Shown: positions 24,101 through 30,100 of the stretch, piece by piece
How the letters are laid out: every line of letters starts with the position of its first letter
Position numbering within the stretch: the first letter of the stretch is position 1
Assembly: GCA_043826565.1 (NCBI GenBank)
Contig: JBDRPX010000004.1
Location: forward strand, 103,604-167,603
Length of the DNA: 64,000 nucleotides
Source: Candidatus Omnitrophota bacterium
GTDB lineage: Bacteria > Omnitrophota > Gorgyraeia > B26-G9
Direction: 5' to 3'
Program-made: the position numbers and the translations under genes
Notes under the pieces: model-generated
What the model was told of the DNA's origin: nothing
Database searches by the model: none
What the model saw: only the letters and a program-made list of their open reading frames with translations

Positions 24101-27100
24101 GTGACCTGGACAAGATTGGGGAGTATTCCGACAGTAAAACTGGAATATTCGATCAATGGCGGGCTGACTTATCCAAATTCCATTATTGCTTCTATTGCCG
24201 CTTCTTTAGGTACACATAACTGGACTATCCCGGATAATATCAGTAATCAGGTCAGGGTGAAAGTAACCGATACTTCTGATTCTACGGTTTATGATGAATC
24301 TAATTCCAATATGTTTATTAAAGGATCATTGACCTTAACTGTGCCCAATGGCGCGGAGGAATGGGTTGTCGGTACCGGAGAGAATATAACCTGGGCCAGA
24401 GTCGGTTCCATCGCTAATGTAAAACTGGAATATTCAACTAACTCCGGCGGTACTTATCCCAACACGATAATCGCTTCCACAGATGCATCCACCGGTTCTT
24501 ATGCTTGGCCGATCCCGGATGTTTTAAGTACAACATTGAGAGTCAGAGTATCAGATGTTACTGATGTTGCGGTTAATGATACTTCGAATGCAAACTTTAT
24601 GATCAAAGGTGATCTGGAACTTAATTCACCTAATGGCGGAGAGATCTGGTATGTCGGGCAGTCACGCAGTGTGACCTGGACCCGCACCGGAAGTATTGCG
24701 TCGGTGAAGCTGGAATATTCAACGGATAGCGGAACAACATTCCCGAATACAATTATTTCTTCGACAGACGCGTCCACCGGAACATATGCCTGGTCAGTTC
24801 CGGATGCGATAAGTGAAAATTTAAGAGTGAGAGTTACAGATACTTCAAATGCCACGGTATTTGATGATTCTAATCTGGATTTCACAGTTAAAGGTGTATT
24901 GTTATTGAATGCGCCCAATGGCGGAGAAACCTGGGTTGTGGCGGCCAGTCAGAATATTACCTGGACACCGACCGGAACAATTTCTAATGTAAAACTGGAA
25001 TATTCAACTGATGGCGGAAATACTTATCCGAATACGATAATCGCTTCTACTCCGGGTATGGTTGGTACATATGCCTGGACAGTTGCCGATTCAATCGGTG
25101 CGAATGCTAAGGTTAGAGTATCTGATGCTGCGGATGCGAGTGTATATGATGTATCCAATGCTACGTTTACGATTAAAGGATCATTAGTTGTAACCAGTCC
25201 GAACGGAGCGGAAGTTTGGGGAGTCGCGACAGCTCATAATATTACCTGGAGCCGCACTGGTTCAATTTCTACGGTTAAGATAGAGTATTCCACGGACGGC
25301 GGTTCAACATATCCGAATACAATTGCCGCGACAGCTGATGCCGCAACCGGAAGCTATGGCTGGACAATTCCGGATGATATTTCCAGTCAGGTTAGGGTTA
25401 AGATCACGGATAATAGCGATGCTACGGTTTTCGATGCTTCGAATGTTAACTTCAAGATCGTGGGTATTCTTGATCTTATTTCTCCGGATGGCGGAGAAAT
25501 GTGGGAAGTAAATACAAACCATAATATTACCTGGACCAGAGTCGGTTCCATAGCTAATGTGCGCTTGGATTACTCGGTTAATAGCGGAGCAACCTATCCG
25601 AATGCGATTGTTGCTTCTACACCGGCCGGAGCATTAAGCTTTACCTGGACGATCCCGGACGCAGTATCAAAAACCGTGAGAGTGCGGATTGCCGATGCTT
25701 TGGATATCAATGTGTTTGATGCTTCGACTGCGGATATGACGATTATGGCGCAGTTTAATATTACCGCGCCGGATGGCGGCGAAGTATGGACTGTAGCATC
25801 TTCGCATGATATTACCTGGGGTACGACAGGAACCGTTACCACTGTTGTTCTTGATTATTCCACGGACGGCGGGGCTACTTATCCAAATAATATTACCGGG
25901 TCCGCGGCAAATACCGGATCATTCCCCTGGACTATCCCGGATGCGATTTCTTCTCAGGTAAAGGTAAGGGTAAGTGATTATAATAATGTTGACGCGTCCG
26001 GAGCTTCTGATGCTAATTTCAAGATCAGAGGAGGTGTTACCGTAACTTCGCCGAATGGCAGTGAATCCTGGATGGTGGGGAATAGTCAAAACATTACCTG
26101 GTCAATTATTGGTTCTATTGCTAATGTTAAACTTGAGTATTCCACAGACGGCGGAGCAACATATCCGTTTACAATTATCGGTTCTGTAGACGCAACTTCA
26201 GGTACCTATGCCTGGATCATACCGGATAATATCAGTACTTCCGCAAGAGTAAAAGTTACTGATGCGACGGATTCGACAGTTTATGATACATCTAACAACA
26301 ACTTTATTATCCGCGGCGGATTGATTGTTAATATCCCGAACGGCGCTGAGGATTGGCAGATCGAATCTGTTCAGAATATTACCTGGATGCGCACCGGTTC
26401 AATTCAGAATATTAAGATAGAGTATTCAACTAATGGCGGTTCTACGTATCCAAATGTAATTGTTAATAGTTTTGATGCTTCTTTAGCGACATATCCCTGG
26501 ATGATTCCGGATACAATTACTAATCTGGCCCGAGTAAGAATAACTGATGTGGATAATGCTGCTGTATATGATACATCGGATAATAATTTCAAGATCAAAG
26601 GCGCCTTGGTAGTTAATACTCCTAATGGCGCAGAGGTATGGGAAGTAACAACCAGTCACGCGATTACCTGGTCAAGAACCGGCTCAATATCTAATATCCG
26701 GCTGGATTATTCAACTGATTCCGGAGCAACATTCCCGAATGCAATTGCGGCATCGCTTAATGCTGCTTTAGGCACCTATGCCTGGACTATCCCGGATAAT
26801 ATTTCTTCTGCGGTCCGCGTAAGGGCAACCAATATTTCTGATGCCTTGGTTTATGATGATTCTGATGCTGATTTCAAGATCGTCGGACAGCTGTTATTAA
26901 GCTCACCGGATGGCGGAGAAGTGTGGCCCGTAGGTTCTTCGCAATCGGTAATCTGGTCACCGATCGGATCGATCGTGAATGTGAAGTTAGATTTATCCAC
27001 AAACGGCGGAGTATCTTTTCCGACTGTGATCGCGGCTTCTTTGACTGCCAGTGACGGTTCATATAACTGGACTGTTCCGGATACAATTTCACAAACCGCA

Positions 27101-30100
27101 AGAATAAAAGTATCGGATGTTTCTGAGCCGTCGATTGTTTTTGATACTTCCGACGGTAATTTTAAGATTCGCGGAGATCTGTTACTTACATCACCGAATG
27201 GCAGTGAAGTATGGCTGATCAATTCTAATCACAATATTACCTGGACCAGATTCGGTTCTATAACTAATGCCCGGTTGGAATATTCCAAGGATTCCGGAAC
27301 AACCTTCCCGAACCTTATTGTCGGTTCAGTAGATGCTTCTTTGCAAACTTATAACTGGCTTACTCCGGATGATGCTGGTATTCAACTCCGGGTAAGAGTT
27401 TCGGATGCGGCGGATTCTACGGTATATGATATTTCCGACGGTAATTTCATTATCCGCGGCGGTTTTAGCCTTACCGCACCGAATGGTGCTGAGCGCTGGG
27501 CAGTAGGAACAGAACATGATATTACCTGGAGCACATTTGGCACGATTGTTAATGTCCGCTTGACCTATTCAAGTAATAATGGCTCTACATGGACAAGTAT
27601 TATTGGTTCTACTCCGAACACGGATATGTATCCGTGGACAATCCCGGATAGAATTTCCAGTCAATGTCTGGTTAAAGTAGCGGATGTTGTCGATGCTGAT
27701 GCTAATGACCAGTCTGATGCGGTATTTACGATTCACGGAGCATTGACAGTGACCGCGCCTAATGGCGGAGAGGCTTGGCAGGTAGCTTCCGGAAAGACGA
27801 TTACCTGGACCAGAACCGGAGCAGTAGTAAACGTTAAACTTGAATATTCAACTAACGGAGGTTCTACATATCCGAATTTAATTGTTGCTTCTACTTCCGG
27901 AGCCGCGGGAACATATGCGTGGACAGTTCCGGATGCAATTACCGATTCGGTGCGTGTGCGTATTAGTGACGCGGATGATGCTTTAGTAATTGATACTTCC
28001 GACGGCAATTTTAAAATTGTTGCCGGATTCAGTATAACTGCGCCGAATGGCGGAGAAACTTTAGTTGTGGCTGCTTCGGAAAATATAACCTGGACAACTT
28101 TAGGGACAGTAGGAAATGTCCGTCTGGATTATTCAACGAATGCGGGCACAAGCTGGACGATAATTACCGCTACGACAATTAATGCCGAAACATATCCTTG
28201 GACAGTTCCGGATGCGATATCTGAGCAGTGCCGGGTAAGGGTTATGGATGTTACAGATTCAAGCGCTTTTGATATTTCCAATAACAACTTTAAAATTCGC
28301 GGGAATCTGACGCTTACCAGCCCGAATGGCGGCGAAGAATGGGCTGTGGGTACTAATCAGCTGATAACCTGGAGTCGTGTGGGTTCAATTTCCACGGTAA
28401 TGTTGGAGTATTCGGATAATGCCGGCGGAATATATGTTCCGATAACTAATAATGCTTTGAATACCGGTTCGTATTCATGGGCAGTGCCGGATGCGATTAC
28501 AACGCAGGCTTTAGTACGCATTACCAATGTGGCGGATCTTTCAGTGACGGATGTTTCCGATGGTCAGTTTAAAATTCAAGGCAGTTTTACTTTGACCTCG
28601 CCTAATGGCGGAGAAGCCTGGTTCGTGGGCAGCAGCCAGAATATAAACTGGACCTGGAATGGAACTGTGCCGTTCATTAAACTGGAGCTTTCCACAAACG
28701 GCGGTTCAACATATAATTTAGTATCCGATAACGTGGCAAATATCGGAACATATGCCTGGACAATTCCGGACCAGGTTTCCGGTACTTGCCGTATCATGAT
28801 TTCTGATGCGACAGATGCTGACGCGAATGATACTTCTAATGGTAATTTCAGAATACGCTGTAAATTTACTATTGCTAACCCGAATGGATCGGAACAATGG
28901 AGGGTCGGCCAGACCAGAGCGATCAATTGGTCTAATGTCGGGACTTCTTCAACGGTAAATCTGGCTTATTCACGTGATGGTTTTGGCGCGGATAGCCAAA
29001 CTATTGCCACGGGGATTGTAAATGCCGGTACGCATAATTGGACCATACCGGATTCTATTTCTGAAACAGTCAGAGTTAGAGTGTCTGATCCTACGGATGC
29101 GGGTGCTTATGATGATTCTAATAATGATTTCCGGATTACCGGTGATTTTACAGTTACTTCTCCGAATGGCGGGGAAATGTGGGATGTTAATTCCGCGCAT
29201 GATATTACCTGGACCTGGCAGGGGACAATGCCGCAGGTTAGAATTGAATATTCCACTGACGGCGGAGCAAGTTATCCGAATATTATTACGGCCACTGACA
29301 ATGACGGAACCTATGAATGGACCGTGCCGGATAGTATTACCGCTCAGATGAGAGTAAGAGTCAGTGACTTGGCTGATTTAACAGCTGCGGATAATTCCAA
29401 TAGCAATGCGAAGATAAAAGCGCAGTTCTTGCTGATCGAGCCTAATGGCGGAGAGATATTTACTGTTAGCGATACCACGGATATCACCTGGACCAGTGTG
29501 GGAACAGTGCCGAATGTAAACTTACAGTATTCAACTAATGGATTCATAACTCCGGTGAGCATTATCAGCGCCACAGCTAATGATGGAAGTTATACGTGGA
29601 CGATACCGGACGCGATTTCCACTAATGTGACTGTAAGAGTAATGAGTTCTACGGATAATGATGCTTATGATATTTCTAACGCGGCGTTTAAAATTCAGGG
29701 AGATCTGGCCATTACCGCACCTAATGGCGGCGAGCAATGGGCAATTAATCAGGTTAATAACATTACCTGGAATACTACCGGATCAATTGCCAATGTGCAG
29801 ATTCTCTATTCAATTAACTCCGGTGTTTCCTATCCGTATTCCATAACTGCCAGCGTAGCGAATACTAATAGTTATGGTTGGACTGTTCCGGATACAGCAA
29901 CAGCTAATGCTAGAATCAGGATTATTGATGTTGCTGATGCTACAATATCTGATGATTCTGATGCTAATTTCCGGATTCAGGGTTACTTTAGCGTTACATC
30001 TCCGAATGGAGCAGAATCCTGGATTGTTAATGATGTTCACAATATTACCTGGAACTGGGGCGGCACATTGCCGTTTGTGCATTTAAGCTATTCCACAGAC

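Noticed and set aside
13230-26030. Super-repeats as an assembly duplication artefact
   Set aside because: Blocks differ by many synonymous and non-synonymous changes and by codon indels; long reads would still be needed to confirm the copy number.
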